Source: Kudoa neothunni
Lineage: Eukaryota; Animalia; Cnidaria
Direction: 5' to 3'
Length of the DNA: 64,000 nucleotides
Assembly (NCBI GenBank): GCA_964304625.1
Contig: OZ199838.1
Coordinates: forward strand, 2,169,329 to 2,233,328
Each line of letters begins with the position of its first letter. Position 1 is the first letter of the stretch. A program made the position numbers and the translations under genes. Below the pieces are notes generated by a model. That model had not been told where the DNA came from, ran no database searches, and saw only the letters and a program-made list of their open reading frames with translations. Of the stretch, positions 27,329 through 40,665 are shown piece after piece.

Positions 27329-30300
27329 ATGATTTTCGCCAGATTGATAGAATCACCGATTAGAAAACTAACAGCCGTTAAAATGTTCTTCACCAGTCGG
27401 ATGTTGGATGTGAGATTATTTGTTTCGATCAATGATACCAACGTCAATTCTACGAACTTTTCTAAAATCGAGTGTGTTTTTAATTGTTTTCTTAATAAAA
27501 AAATTTTTAAAAAATTTATATCTATTCAGATTTAATGGAATGCATGAACATGCCCATTACTTTACGAATATTGTGAATTATTTGAGAAGAGATCGCATAA
27601 ATGTGGAAACAAAGGTGAGTGAGTTGAAGTGTTACTTGTGGATCGATTAGTTCATTTGTTGAAGATTCTCGAGCTGAAAGATATAACCCTCCAAATCAAT
27701 CCAGATAAACGACCAAATCTATACATCACATTGAATGATAGCGATCAATTTTTAATCGCAGAAAACGAATCATAGTGTATTTGTGTGATAAAAATAAGTT
27801 TGAACCAATAGCTCGAATAAAATCATTGCTTAACGATATGTCGGTTAAAAGTATGGTTTTTGCTGGGTGCGGTGAAAGAGTTGATATTGTGTGTCTAGTG
27901 AATAGAGCCGAATACTGTGCGGAATTGGTGTACGAAGACAATAGTGTTGTTATTAATGATGAGCGTCCACAAGACTATTACATCAAAATTACACCCTCAC
28001 TTGTCAATTTTGATCGAGCTCTAATTTCTCTAAGAGAATCTTTGACAAACGATAAATTTGCTCTTCACCCACATAATCTTAACCAGGATTTGATCGAGAA
28101 AATGAACAAATTATCTGTTGATCCTGCTCAACAGTAATAATTCGAAGTTGTTGGTGTAGTTTTGCTCAATTTGTGTAGGTCTAATTTGGGTCATTTGGAA
28201 ACCAGCAACGACTCTCAGAAATTGGCTATCCAAACCGCCCTCAATAACAAGGTTACTATTATACAAGTAATCTTTAAGTTTGTTGTTTTTAAGCTTTCCG
28301 ATAATTGGACAAAACGTCAGCGCACGCTTAGTGATATTGCTGTAAATTTAATATTTCCAATTACACTTCGGTAAAATACGAACCGAAGATTTTAAATTTC
28401 CCGCCAGTAAATGAGTTGCACTTAAACTTGCGTTGCCTAACATGGAAATGTATTGTTTGGATTTTATTATTTACTAAGAAGTGTTTGATTAAAATTAATC
28501 AATTTACGAATTTCTAAAGAAATTGATGTAAATAAATTTAAATATAAAAATTAATATTATATGTAATTTCCACTTGAGATGGAATAAATAGTATCAATTA
28601 TATGAAGTCAGACGTAATTAATAAAGTTATACAAGACCAATAAAATATGCACGAAACTAGTATTTAAAAATATAAAAATAATAATTCTAATAAAAATTTT
28701 TTAATCTTTTTAATAAAGATTAAAGTTGACGTTAATATGTGTTTTATTCTTATATTGCGGGATATCTTAATTATGGAAATTTTTTATATTTGATTCCTAT
28801 AAAAAGTTATCCCCAATATAGATTTAATCCGATTTAAATAATGACTTAAATTTTGAGACAAATCATAAATTTGCCTAATTTAAGTAGTCAGCTGACAGTT
28901 GTAACATGTATAATATTTGAATTTGCATACATATTTTTTATTTGATTTTGTATCACTTCATATTCTTGTTTGTGTAAAAAATAGCCCAATCTTTGTGAAT
29001 TCTTAATATAGTGTATAAAAATAGAATTAAATATTAAACTAATGGTTGGATTATTTCTGGTCGTTGAATATTTGCTGTGATGATTTATAGTTTTTTTAAA
29101 TTTGTCCTTGCGTGAACAGGTACCAATGTTCGCATCCTTAGTTGGAAACCCCTGATTTATTCATTAAAATTCCTATTTATAGATGATATATGCGATTAAT
29201 TTATCAGAATTGACTATATTTAATTATTTCTGACACATCGGCATAAATAAATTACTCAGAAATATGGTCAAAATTAGACCTTTATCTATATGAGATTTTA
29301 ATCTCAAAATTACCTTAATTTAGCAAAACTTTATTCTATAATGGAATGGATAAGTAATAATAAATAAATAAATAAAAGTTTGCTGATAAAATTAAAATGT
29401 TTGTTGGTAGATAAATACAATTCTTAATTTATTTCAAAAAAATCGATTTTCTATCTTATGATTTACAGAGTGAATATGTAGGATTGTTGATGATCGTGTT
29501 TTGGAATGGTTTATGATCAGCTGAAGTCAATGACTTTAGTATAATAGTGAGGTTGTGAGTTATAGACTGTTAAGTGTGTTCTTAGTTTAATTGAGAAGAT
29601 TTATAAATCAATTTAATGATTATAGAATAGGATTACTTTTATTTTTAATTAACTCCTTTTCTATAAAAAAGAAACACATTATATCTGCTATTATCCCAGA
29701 GATGATATTGTAATTTATGTGAAACTATAATATCTAAAAAATTCAAGTCTCTTTGTTTTATATAATATACACGAATAATAACTTTTTTTGAAACATATAT
29801 TAACTTGATGCGAAAAGTTATTGAAGAAGGCAATTTTATTCACATTCGAACTCCAGTGACTCCTTGCACATAAGTTGTTTGATATATACATTGTGAAGCT
29901 ATTTTAACACTAAATAATCGTTAAATTAGAATAATGGCATTAAATCATCATATACTTGAGTACTATTATTGTTTAAAAATTGATTTGATCTAAAAAATTC
30001 CTAGCAACTTTTAATTTTTACCGTACTATAAATGACACCTAAAAGTAAAATGAATTAATTATGATTTTTAAAAATAAACTCTTCCTTAATATAATATTTT
30101 TTCGTTAATCAAGAATATTTTTTGTTATGTTTTAGGAAATTTTCAGTAAATATGTTTCGTTAATATTACTAAAAAAATTGAGAGAACTTATTTTTACTAT
30201 TTGTTGATAACAAAGAATTTTGAGAGGTTGAATTTTATTACAATTTTTTAAAAATTTAATTTTCCTGCCAAGTTTGAATTATTCAGCTAAATACTTTTAT

Positions 30301-32145
30301 GGAATTAGGGACCTCCGGGGACCGGAAAAACTGAAACGTGCGCGAATCTTGTTTCTGAGTTGCTTCGACGACAAAACGGCAAAATACTTGTCTGTGCCGC
30401 CAGCAACATTGCTGTTGACAACATTGCCGAAAAGCTGCATTCGAAGGGTGTTAATGTATTTGTTGTTGTTCTTATCAACATTAAACACGCCCACCAATAT
30501 TGAAAATAATGCCAATAGGTTGTAAGAGTGTATCCTCGTTACATAGCCGCTGACGAAATCACAGAGATACCATCTTATGCTCTTCACAAAATTTTGGGGG
30601 AAAAATTGAAAACCTGCAATAACCCTGAACTTTCAGAACTTCATGATCTTGTGTCAGAAAATAAATATATGTTCTCGTCGCAAATGAGTCTATACAATGA
30701 GATGGTTTTCGCTAAGGAAATAGAAATTCTAAAGGTATCTGTCAATCAAAATGTTATTTTTTGATCATGTCTATTTTAATCCTGTACTTAAGGATGCTGA
30801 TGTGATTTGTTGCTCCTGCGTTTTGTCAGGCTCACCAGTGATTCGCCACTTTCATTACATTGCTGTGCTTGTGGATGAAGCTTCACAACCCACGGAGCCT
30901 GAAACGCTTATTCCATTGGCGTCATCTACAGACAAAGTAGGAATGTAATTTATTTGGCTTGAAATATATTTCCGCTTTAGATTATACTCGTAGGAGATCA
31001 TCAACAGTTGGGGCCAGTTGTTAATGAAAGCTATATTGACGAGTATGGTGTTGCGTAATAAATTAAATTCTAATGAGGCTGTGTTAGTGCTGTAAAATTA
31101 ACTCTATTTGAACGGTTAATTAAATTGGGTATAAATCCCGCTCTACTCGACACTCAATACCGTATGCATCCAGCATTATCTGAGTTTTCTTCGAGAGAAT
31201 TCTATGACGGGCGCATAAAAAATGGGGTCTCCGCTGAAAATCGCACTCATAACAATATCACATTCAAATGGCCCAATCGCAATATTCCCATGTTTTTCAA
31301 GCAAACATTTGGCATCGAAGAAACTCCTCTCGATTCCAAATCCCACTACAATATGTATCCATAATTTGGCTTTTTTAATTGCTCTCAATCTCTTATCAAT
31401 AGGATTGAATGCAAGGAAGTTATCAATATCACCTCCGAACTTATCAAAAGTGGCGTTCCAGCGAACACTATAGGCATCATCAGTCCTTATTCCGCCCAAA
31501 GAAATCTCATTTCTTCAAAGTTGAACGATCATGTCAAATTGAATCCCATCTTTTCTGGAGTACACTCTTGCGACTAGAGTGTCCAATTCATATGTGGTTT
31601 TAGATTGTTGTTGCTAGTGTACATGCTTTCCAAGGTCGCGAAAAGGATTACATTATCATTTCGTGTGTTCGTTCAAATGATCTCAAAGTGAAGTCATTGG
31701 TTTAAATATTATTTTAAATTTTTGTAGACTGTCGGTTTCCTTGTTGATCCACGGCAACTTAATGTTGCTATTTCTCGGGCCAAGTAATTGAATGAGCACA
31801 ATATAGATGTGCCGATCAGTTTTTTTGTAATTCCTGTATCTAGGTATGGGCTTATCATTGTGGGGAATCCGTATGTTTTGCGAAACGTAATTTTGTGTGG
31901 TGTTTGGCAGAAAAGTTAACTGTTCTGTTTAGAGTCCAGTGTGGTGCGACTATTTAGATTATTTTAAAGAAAAAAACCTAATTGTTTCAGGTTTTTCTAC
32001 CATTAGTTTATTCGCTCTACTAAACTGGTTATCTCTATCTCTAGGTGATTATCCGAACTACGTGGCTGCAGTGAGTCATTCTTGAAACTTCCCAAAATGT
32101 TTATTTTTCATTTTGTCTCAGATATATCCGTTGTGTTTCTTTTAA
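27329..32145 (+). CDS. UPF1-like superfamily 1 RNA helicase (divergent; 5' start and last exon uncertain)
   Basis: Spliced motifs: [144 protein letters not shown]. About 15 GT-AG introns, one of 2042 nt (28267-30308). Stop at 32085 or 32145 depending on the last intron. Confidence 0.85.
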
Positions 32146-33467
32146 ACCTTCAAATTAATTTTCGAAATCTATTGATTACTACAATAATCCTTGTTTATGC
32201 ACTAAATTCATTCCGAATTATCACGTTTCTAAAAATATTCTAATTTTCCACCTGTAATTATTCGAATATGAATCTTATTATTATGGGGTTATAAATTTGT
32301 TTACTTTTAATTGGATTTCCCCAATGGAGGTGTAAGAAACTATTATGAATCAAAATTGACATTTTTAGATTTAATGATTTAATATGGAAATCTTCTAAAC
32401 TGTACGATTCAGTATAAGCATATAAGTTCGGAATTTTAATGATTCTTTAATTTTTAAATAATACTCTTCAAATAGAACTCAAAACTATCAATATTCCTCA
32501 TATTTTATTTTAATAGCAAAACTTTGGAAAAAGCTTAATAACACCATTAAACTATATTGTATAATAGTAGATAAATGTTTTTTCGCCATTTTTCTGGTAT
32601 TTAACGTATAGTTTGGATAAAATTTAATAATTATTTAAAAATATTTTGATTTATTATTTCTAATAATATTCTATTCAAAAAATTACAAAGTATAAATTTA
32701 TCACTTTTATTTCATGTTTAACTCTTCCTTTTTTGATAGTCATTTTATTTAGGTCTTCATAATTAAATCGAAAATTAGCCTAATTCATTGTAGAAATTTT
32801 GACTTTGGTTTGATTTTCGAAACGTTGATTAGTAAGAATAGGAGACATGAAACGAGCCCTCCAGAAATAAGAAAAGGTTGATAACATTATTCATCTAAGT
32901 GAACAATAAGTAAATCGTTAGTTTAATGCCTTTAATATGCAATTAATACAAAAATAAGATTGTCGGTATATTTTAAATAATAATTTTTTCTTACATTTTC
33001 AAATTTTCTCTCTTAAATTGTAGGAATTTATATTTTTAGGAAGTAATTTGTAAAAGGTTTTAACAATATAAGCTACTTATGGTTCCTTTCTAAAAACACC
33101 AATCTATGGATTACATCGATAATATTGGGCGGGGAAGAGTTTAAGGTGTTTTAAGCTTGTATGTTGGAAATTTTATATGATAACTTCAAAGAATATATGG
33201 TAATAATTTATTTAATATTAAGGTTCTTCGAAGTTTTATTATATTAATGATAGTCTCCTTTTAAACGCCTTAGTCGTATAATATCTTATGGAGCCGTAAC
33301 TATAGCCGAGAGTAAAAATAAGAATTGTCTTAAAAAAAATTTTTTTATAATTCTAAATATTAAATAAGCGATTTTAAATAATTAATTAAATTTGATATAA
33401 ATGATCCACTATTTTATTTGTTTACCTTTCAACTCTAAAATCAGATTTAAGTAATGGATAAACTAAT

Positions 33468-33479
33468 TGCACATGCGCA
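33468..33479 (+). promoter_or_regulatory. NRF1-like palindrome TGCACATGCGCA, 9 nt upstream of the FDX2 ATG
   Basis: 11/12 match to the NRF1 consensus TGCGCATGCGCA in an otherwise very AT-rich background. Confidence 0.5.
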
Positions 33480-33488
33480 TGATCATTG

Positions 33489-34120
33489 ATGGTTTTTTAT
33501 CCGATTCTACTCCATAAATTATGGAAATTTAGACCAACACATAGCGTTTCCATTTTTAGGCGCGCTTTTGGCGAAAAAATTGATAAACAGTAAACAACTG
33601 TCTTCAAATTGTTTCGAGTGATAAGCCGTATAGAGTTACAATAAACTTTAAACAATCTGACGGAACTATAGTTCCATTGAAGGCGAAGGTAGGTTCATCA
33701 ATATTAGATGTATCGAGAAAATATGACTTAGGATTAGAAGGTAATATAATTAGTGGGATATAAATTTTTTATAATTTTTTAAGGAGCTTGTGAAGGCAGC
33801 GTTGCATGCTCTACGTGCCATATTTATGTGGATGGGGATTCCTATGATAAATTACCCATGGCTACGGATGAGTGATTTTGAGGTGGGGATTAGGGTTTTT
33901 TTCTGATTCACTCTCTAGAGAGAATGATATGCTTGATATGGCACCACAATTAACAGAATATTCACGATTAGGCAATTTTTCGGATTTGTTGGAATTTTGT
34001 ATAATTTTGGATATAGGCTGTCAGGTTATTGTTAATGAAGATTTGGAGGGTATGACAGTATCGTTCCCTACGATGACTCGGAATTTCTATGTTGATGGTC
34101 ACAAACCTGGTCATCATTAA
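33489..34120 (+). CDS. FDX2: Mitochondrial [2Fe-2S] ferredoxin 2 (adrenodoxin-like), 5 exons
   Basis: MVFYPILLHKLWKFRPTHSVSIFRRAF (presequence-like)...LEGACEGSVACSTCHIYV...EENDMLDMAPQLTEYSRLGCQV...TRNFYVDGHKPGHH. The C-terminal RNFYVDGH.P..H is FDX2-type. Introns 33590-33633, 33741-33783, 33872-33918 and 33972-34016 (GC-AG). Confidence 0.95.
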
Positions 34121-34899
34121 TTTATTTAATCTTGTCTGTAATATATTGTAGAAAATATTTTTTTTAATGGAAAATTTCTATCAAATGCAATGTTACAGAT
34201 TTATTGGTTAATTTTCTCTAAAAAAAGTAAAAGTGGTGCTAGAGTTTGATGTCATTATCACCTAATATGAAACTACTTTGTTTCTATCTTTCAGATAATA
34301 AGTTAAACCGAAAAAAACAATTATGTATTAATTAAACTACAGAATGTTTAATTTCGATATCAACAAGAAGTGATCCTCTGCCTCTGACTGCCTATGATTG
34401 TGGGCATATTACTTGACTTTGTCTAGCGCTTAAATAGGGGGATTACGAAGATCAGTCATGTCTCAGTTAGATACTTGTTTCAAAAAAATGGTGCTTTATC
34501 ATTTCAAGAAAATAAGTGGAAACCAATTTTTCTTCACTTATTTAATATGCATTGGTAAAAAATATTGTAAATTAGCACAAATCGTCAGCTTAGCTTGGTA
34601 GTGGGTGAGGATATTTTGGTCGATTTAACTATTCGAATAAGTATAATCAATGTTCAAGATAAAAATCTATTGGCTTCGATAATCAAAATTTGTTGTCCCT
34701 TTATGTTTATTTCACTCTCTATAGTATGAAAGATTGTTGATTTATTTAAACGAACATTTACGAAACGTTACATAAGACTATTGAATTGGATTTGGTAGGA
34801 TTAACTGGTCCAATGAATCACATTTTTCTCAAAATTCAGCCAGTAGAAATTTCCTACAATTTGTATGGAATTTTGAAAGATTTTTTTATTAACTATCGT

Positions 34900-34974
34900 A
34901 AAATAAAAACCTGGGGTCCAAAAGACTCCAAGTTAGTTGGAGTGTAGTCGTTTCTGTGTACCTTAGAAGGTTAA
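34900..34974. mobile_element. Isolated piggyBac-like terminus
   Basis: ggggtccaaaagactcc internal repeat, a spacer, then ...gaagg-TTAA; same layout as the end at 38555-38618. Confidence 0.45.
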
Positions 34975-35879
34975 GCATAGTTTTGTTGATTGAAAACGAT
35001 TTCCTAGCATTCAGCTAATAAAAATATAACGTTAATGTCAATATTATTTGATATCAAAAATAAGGTTGACGAAACAAAGGAAACTTTAAAATTAAAAGAA
35101 TGTTTCCACACTAAATATAATCTTTTATTAATTTGAAATGACGAAAAGTTGGTTTATTTTCTGTGTAGGTAAATATTCCTCTTAAGTAAGAACAGGTAAT
35201 AATTTAGGTCCCCAGAAAATAAGATATCAACCCTTTTTGGGACGCACGAAATCTTTGCGTAACCGCGCTGAGTAAAATCTTATAATAAATTCATATTAAA
35301 ATGTATATATTATTTTCTTATGTGACAATTTTTACATATAATTTCTGGGTATAAATCGGAAGTTTTTTTATTAGATTTGGCACGTGGCTATATAACATCT
35401 TTTACCACATTTTGAAATTGATGAAACTTTTATAACCCCATTTTTCAGAATATTTATAAAAAATATATATGCCAAAAGTCATATTTATCACTCTTCCTAT
35501 CAATTCGTAGTTATAGTAATTGCACCGCTGAATATTTTTTCATCTTTCATTCTTACTAATATATTTGTATTGAGGTCATATATAACCAACGCATTGATAA
35601 ATACTACGTCTAATAAAATGTTAAAAATAACAGATGGATATTTTTTTAGTTGAGTTGGAAAAAAATCATTTGAAAAATCTTTCTTATTGATTCATATGGA
35701 TAAGTGAATTGATATAAAATAAACCTAGTATAGGCGGTATTTTTATTATTTCAAATCAGACGTAACAGAGTAACGTCTGATTTTTTCGAATGGAAAATTT
35801 GATGTACATCGATAACTTGTTTTTGAAGATAAATGAGCATGTGGGATATTTTCTCTCTTCTTACGGTTTCAACTGCAGT

Positions 35880-37050
35880 CCAACCATTTTTTGACAGCTA
35901 TCAAAAAATCGGACGGATGTGAAGCAGTTTCCAACATTATCACTTCACCCAGATTATAGCATTAGTTTTAAAAAGGAGCACTACTAAACACCGCGAAGAA
36001 TTATCAACTTTATATACATTACCACTTAAAGATCTTAGACATATTTCCAAATTTGGGTGTATACAATGTTTTCGAGTCAAATAAATTGAACATCATAAAA
36101 CCATATTTAGAAGGTTTTGATGGTATGTATTGTTTAAAAATGCATCGTCTTCCAAATAACCTCAAAAGTTCACCTATAGTTTACAATCTCTGAATCGTGA
36201 ATATTTTAAAAATTCAGAATAGATTTGATGGAAAATATCTTTTTTTTAAACTCTATCCTGAATAGAACTCATTAAATTATTAGAATGATCGTTACAATGT
36301 AAGCATCTTTTTAATAATTTAAATCTAAAACTGCTCAATAGTTTCCTAAAAGAATCATCGCCCGTCCGAAGTTCTTCCATATCAGTTAAATTTTCCTCTA
36401 TACAAAAAATAATGTAATTCAATAAATTCCTTCAGATCGCACAAATAAAATTCAGTGAAATCCTGCAATCTTGTAAATATAATTGGATCATTTTCAGTTG
36501 ATTAATTGATAAGAAAAATATTCGATGTAGTATTACTTCAGGGATACAAATACTTCAAATATAAGACTCTGTATTTATATTTTCTGATATTTTTATTCGA
36601 TTTTGCCCGTGACCATACCAGGTTCTTTTTAAACAATCCCACAATGGTTTGATAACATTCAGACATTGTAGTGTGCCATTTTTTGTTAATACTTAGATTA
36701 GAACACAATAAACTCTGTCTGTATCTTTTAAGTATCACTATGATATTTCGAAACTAAGATTCCCATATTTATCATCAAATCAAGTATCACAATCGAAGTC
36801 GGAGCTATATGAATCATCATTACGGAAGCTAAAAAAATTCGCAAGACTCATAAATTGTAACATGTTACAAAATAATAAAAAATATGCAATTAGGCATGAT
36901 TTTAAAACGATATATATTGTAGAGAACGACTTTTTGCATAAAGAAAAACACCCGCGTGTCACAAAAGATAAAGACATGAAACCCGCAATAATTAATATCA
37001 CTCCTTTTGAATCGGACCAATTACAAACAGTCCCAAAATATGACAATCAA
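35880..37050 (-). mobile_element. Decayed piggyBac transposase
   Basis: The minus strand encodes QYIPSKPSKYGF...DSKTLY (~36060-36135), the conserved piggyBac QY.P.KP.KYG motif, plus a downstream ...CFTS remnant of the DN.FTS motif. Many stops. Confidence 0.7.
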
Positions 37051-37216
37051 TATTCTAATGTTTATAACTTGTAAATCCTAACGTAGATCATTTGTATTGC
37101 AGCTCCTATTTTTCAAGTTTAGCGTTAAGATTATATTTTTTTAACATTGTTATTTCATTATTGTTACATCTCTTATAATTTTGCTTATTTATAAATCCAA
37201 TAACTATTTTTTCTCA

Positions 37217-38618
37217 TTAATCCTCTCTGTCCAAAGCGGGGTCCATTAGGAACCCCAATTTCATTATTTTTCGCGTTACTCCGAAAGTGAATTATCGACT
37301 TCTTAACTATCCTAGGAATGCCTCAATAATGCTAAAAAGTTAGTATAGAAACTAGAATTTTTTTTCTCACTTAAAAAATACGCCTTAGAGATTATATTTA
37401 TCTCATAATCCGAAAATTTATTCCTACAGAATTTCAAGAAAAATGGTTCATTAAGTGCATATTGATCTATTTTACTTATTTATTTATATTTATACATTTT
37501 GTTTAATTGACTTTAAAGTCATATATAAGTAAGGTTTATATATTCTTCGATTTCATAGGAGATTAGCAAGAATTAATCCGTACCGCTCTTCTTGGCTGGT
37601 AGGCTCTTGTTTCTCCAAAGAATCTCTGTTTATCAACAATAAACTAGTCCATGATTCATTATATGCAATATAACTATTAGAATCTTTGTGTATTATCTGG
37701 GGATTCCATAATTTTTATTCAGCGAAATATAAATTGATAGAGTATAAAGTATTTGGCGAATACTTGTTCTATTGCAAGTTTAATAAAATAAACAATAGGA
37801 CCTGTCAATAATTTTTAAAAATAGTCAGAAATAATGGCTATTAATATCTGTATTGAGTATTTAACAGTAGTTAAAGCACCGTGTATTTATTGATTATTGA
37901 TATCGACATGTATGTGCTACGAATTATTCGTATAGAAGCGTTAAATGTATGTTCCAGCAGTTTTTCAAGTATGGATACCAAAATATTTCAACAACTTAGG
38001 TTTTCTCAAAGTAATTTCTTTAATTTAATCATATTAACTCTTAAATATCCAAATAAATTAAAAAAAGTTCGTAAAAACGTAAGGGGTGTAGCATTTATAA
38101 ATGTAAATAAATTACTAAGCAATGCATCTTTATAATTTTTTTAATTTAATTTTGAAGGAATTAAAATATTTTGAGTTATTCAAACATTGTTTTCTATGAA
38201 ATCTCAGAGTAAACTGCATGCGTGGCTACATTTACTACTTCCGAAACAGTCACATAATTTCTACAGAACGACGCTTAATTGCGCCTGTGTTTGATCATCA
38301 TCTATTAGTTTTTTATGAAACCAAATCGGATAACTTAGATATTCATTTCATTTAAACATCGTCGAAGCCTTTAGTGCTGAAATGTACGCGTTGATTTCAT
38401 CATATTGATACGACACAATAAGTTCATCTTGGTCTCATATCTGCATTTTAAGCTACTGGAGAGAGCTAGATTTTGTTTGTTGTACATATAAATGTCTTTA
38501 AATAACATCCTGTTAGTTTTGTAATAATTGGTGGCAGTTAAGGCCGATTTAAAAGGGGGTCCCAAATGGACTCCATTGGCACACGCGTACTTTTCGAACG
38601 TAGCACGGGAAGGGTTAA
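37217..38618 (+). mobile_element. Non-autonomous piggyBac-like element
   Basis: TTAA at both ends. Asymmetric termini typical of piggyBac: internal repeat ggggtccattaggaacccc near the left end, and its complement ggggtcccaaatggactcc behind a longer spacer at the right end (...agggTTAA). Confidence 0.65.
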
Positions 38619-38925
38619 ATACTACCATTTTTGAAATAATTGTGACTTTCTTTGATTGAAACCTTAAATACGCTAATTTTATTTCTACATTTAAAACCCC
38701 TACAACTGTATGTGGTATGTGAATTGGCGTATCGTCATAAAGGAAAGAAATTAGTTTGATTAAGTCATATTTAAAGTATCACAAAAGCAACAAATCTCAA
38801 TAATTTAGAATAAACACTTTTGTATAACACAGTAGAAGTAACAAAAAAAGACGTGTTAAAAAATTACAAAATATCATTTGGTTTAATTATTTAAATCTAC
38901 CAAAGATGCATTACGATATAGGAGT

Positions 38926-40656
38926 TTATACATTTCTTGGCTTACGACGATCACTTCTCTTCGTAATATCGACATTCCTTGGCGGGCCACTGCTTCTTCT
39001 CAGTCGAGGGTCTTGTGAGGTGGAAGGGGTGGTCGAATGGGACGAACTGCTTGTGTAGTAATTGTTCTGGTTTTCCGAATAATCAGCAGCAGTAGAAGCG
39101 GCAGCAGGTGCTCGATCGTAATAATCATTTCGTGGTCGTGCATCATGAGAAAAGTCATCTCTTGAATAGTTGATTTTAGGGTTGGGTGGAGGAGGACCCA
39201 TATGACGATACATATAATTTTTGTACCTTTCGTGACCACGGTGCATATTATAATCATCGTGTTCGAAGTAATTATCAAAATGATGCGATCCAACTCTAGG
39301 ATCGAACGATGAGGGGGGAGGACGAGAAGGTTGGTTTGGTTGCCAGAAATTGGCTGGGTGAGGTACGGTGTTTGGAGCACCATGATGATAAGGATATGGA
39401 TACTGTGGTACAGTAGCACCATCAATATTTAGTGCAGCGTTTGATGATGGAGGAGGTGGTTTGGAGTCAGCGTTCACAACATGATTGGATTGATTCGGTG
39501 TGTGCATATTCGCCACTCCAGAACCGTGTGTTTTGAAATTGGCAGTCTCGTTGGCAACCTCGCTCATTGTTTGGTTGTTATCATTACTGGATTTGAAGTT
39601 GGAGGTTGGATTTAGGGGGATGCCACGCGAATCGGGCATATGCTTAACATCTTGGACAAACGGCGGCGGGATGGATACACCTAAAGAGCCTGGAATCTGC
39701 AAACCACCTGGACCAGGGAACTGTGGCGGAAATTCCATAGGTTGTATTGCTTGATTTACATTTACTCCAGCAATTCGTTGATTGAGCGAAGGGGATTTCT
39801 CGGAAAACTGTGTTGGTTCAACATTAACCTGATCAAAGGTTTTAATATGACTACTATATTCGAGCGGTTTATCCAATACGATTGCCTACAGCACACCCAC
39901 TTATATCAAACAAATATCCCCAAAAACCCTACCCTAGCAGTTCTCGAATCAATAATATTCATCAAAAGCAATGCCTGAAGAATAGCATATGCTAGTTGAG
40001 GATTCTGTATAAGCATCTCTTTGGTTTCATCTGGACTGTCAACTGCACACATCTTAATCTGTTTCAACAACTCGAAAATCTTCTCCGACGGCATATTTGA
40101 AATGATGTTGGTGATCATTTCGGGAACTTCGGATGTGGTCATAGAAACTTCTTTGGTGTAGGCGGCAATCAAAGGGGTGGGTTCCTCCACTTCGAATCAA
40201 ATCAAATCAACTCTTAATTTGAATATCAACCAACAATACCTTTGACATCATCTTTGTTTTTATCACAAGACGCACTATCGACACGCAAATGCCTGTTTCT
40301 AAACTCGCAGCCATTCAAATTACGAATCGCACTATTAGCTGTCTCAACATCAGCATACTCACAGAAACCGTAGCCTTTAGCTTTACCGGTTTCTCTATCG
40401 TATACCAATCTATAGAAAATTTCAATTAGATTAGAAAGTTTGGATTGTTTCTACCTCAAAGAGATAATAGGTCCAATTTGAGAGAACAACGATTTTAGGT
40501 CATCTTCGGAGGAATCATATGGAATGTTTCCGACTGAAATAAAAGGTTTATTTTTACCTGTTAAAATTCCAAATTACCAAAAACAGATCTAAGTTGTTTT
40601 TCATCTTTGAACTGTGCAGTGTTTAGTGTAGCAGAAGAAGTGGCAGCCGGATCCAT
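38926..40656 (-). CDS. CSTF2: Cleavage stimulation factor subunit 2 (CstF-64), 5 exons
   Basis: [73 protein letters not shown]. Hinge [24 protein letters not shown]...[19 protein letters not shown]. Introns 40534-40577, 40410-40454, 40190-40239 and 39886-39932. Confidence 0.95.
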
Positions 40657-40665
40657 TTTGCAGCC

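Noticed and set aside
27123-27356. 77-aa minus-strand ORF upstream of the UPF1-like gene
   Set aside because: No recognisable motif or supporting exon structure; likely chance.
30274-31603. Antisense and alternative-frame ORFs over the UPF1-like gene (likewise over CSTF2, TMEM63 and the receptor)
   Set aside because: They are shadows of real exons or read-through into introns.
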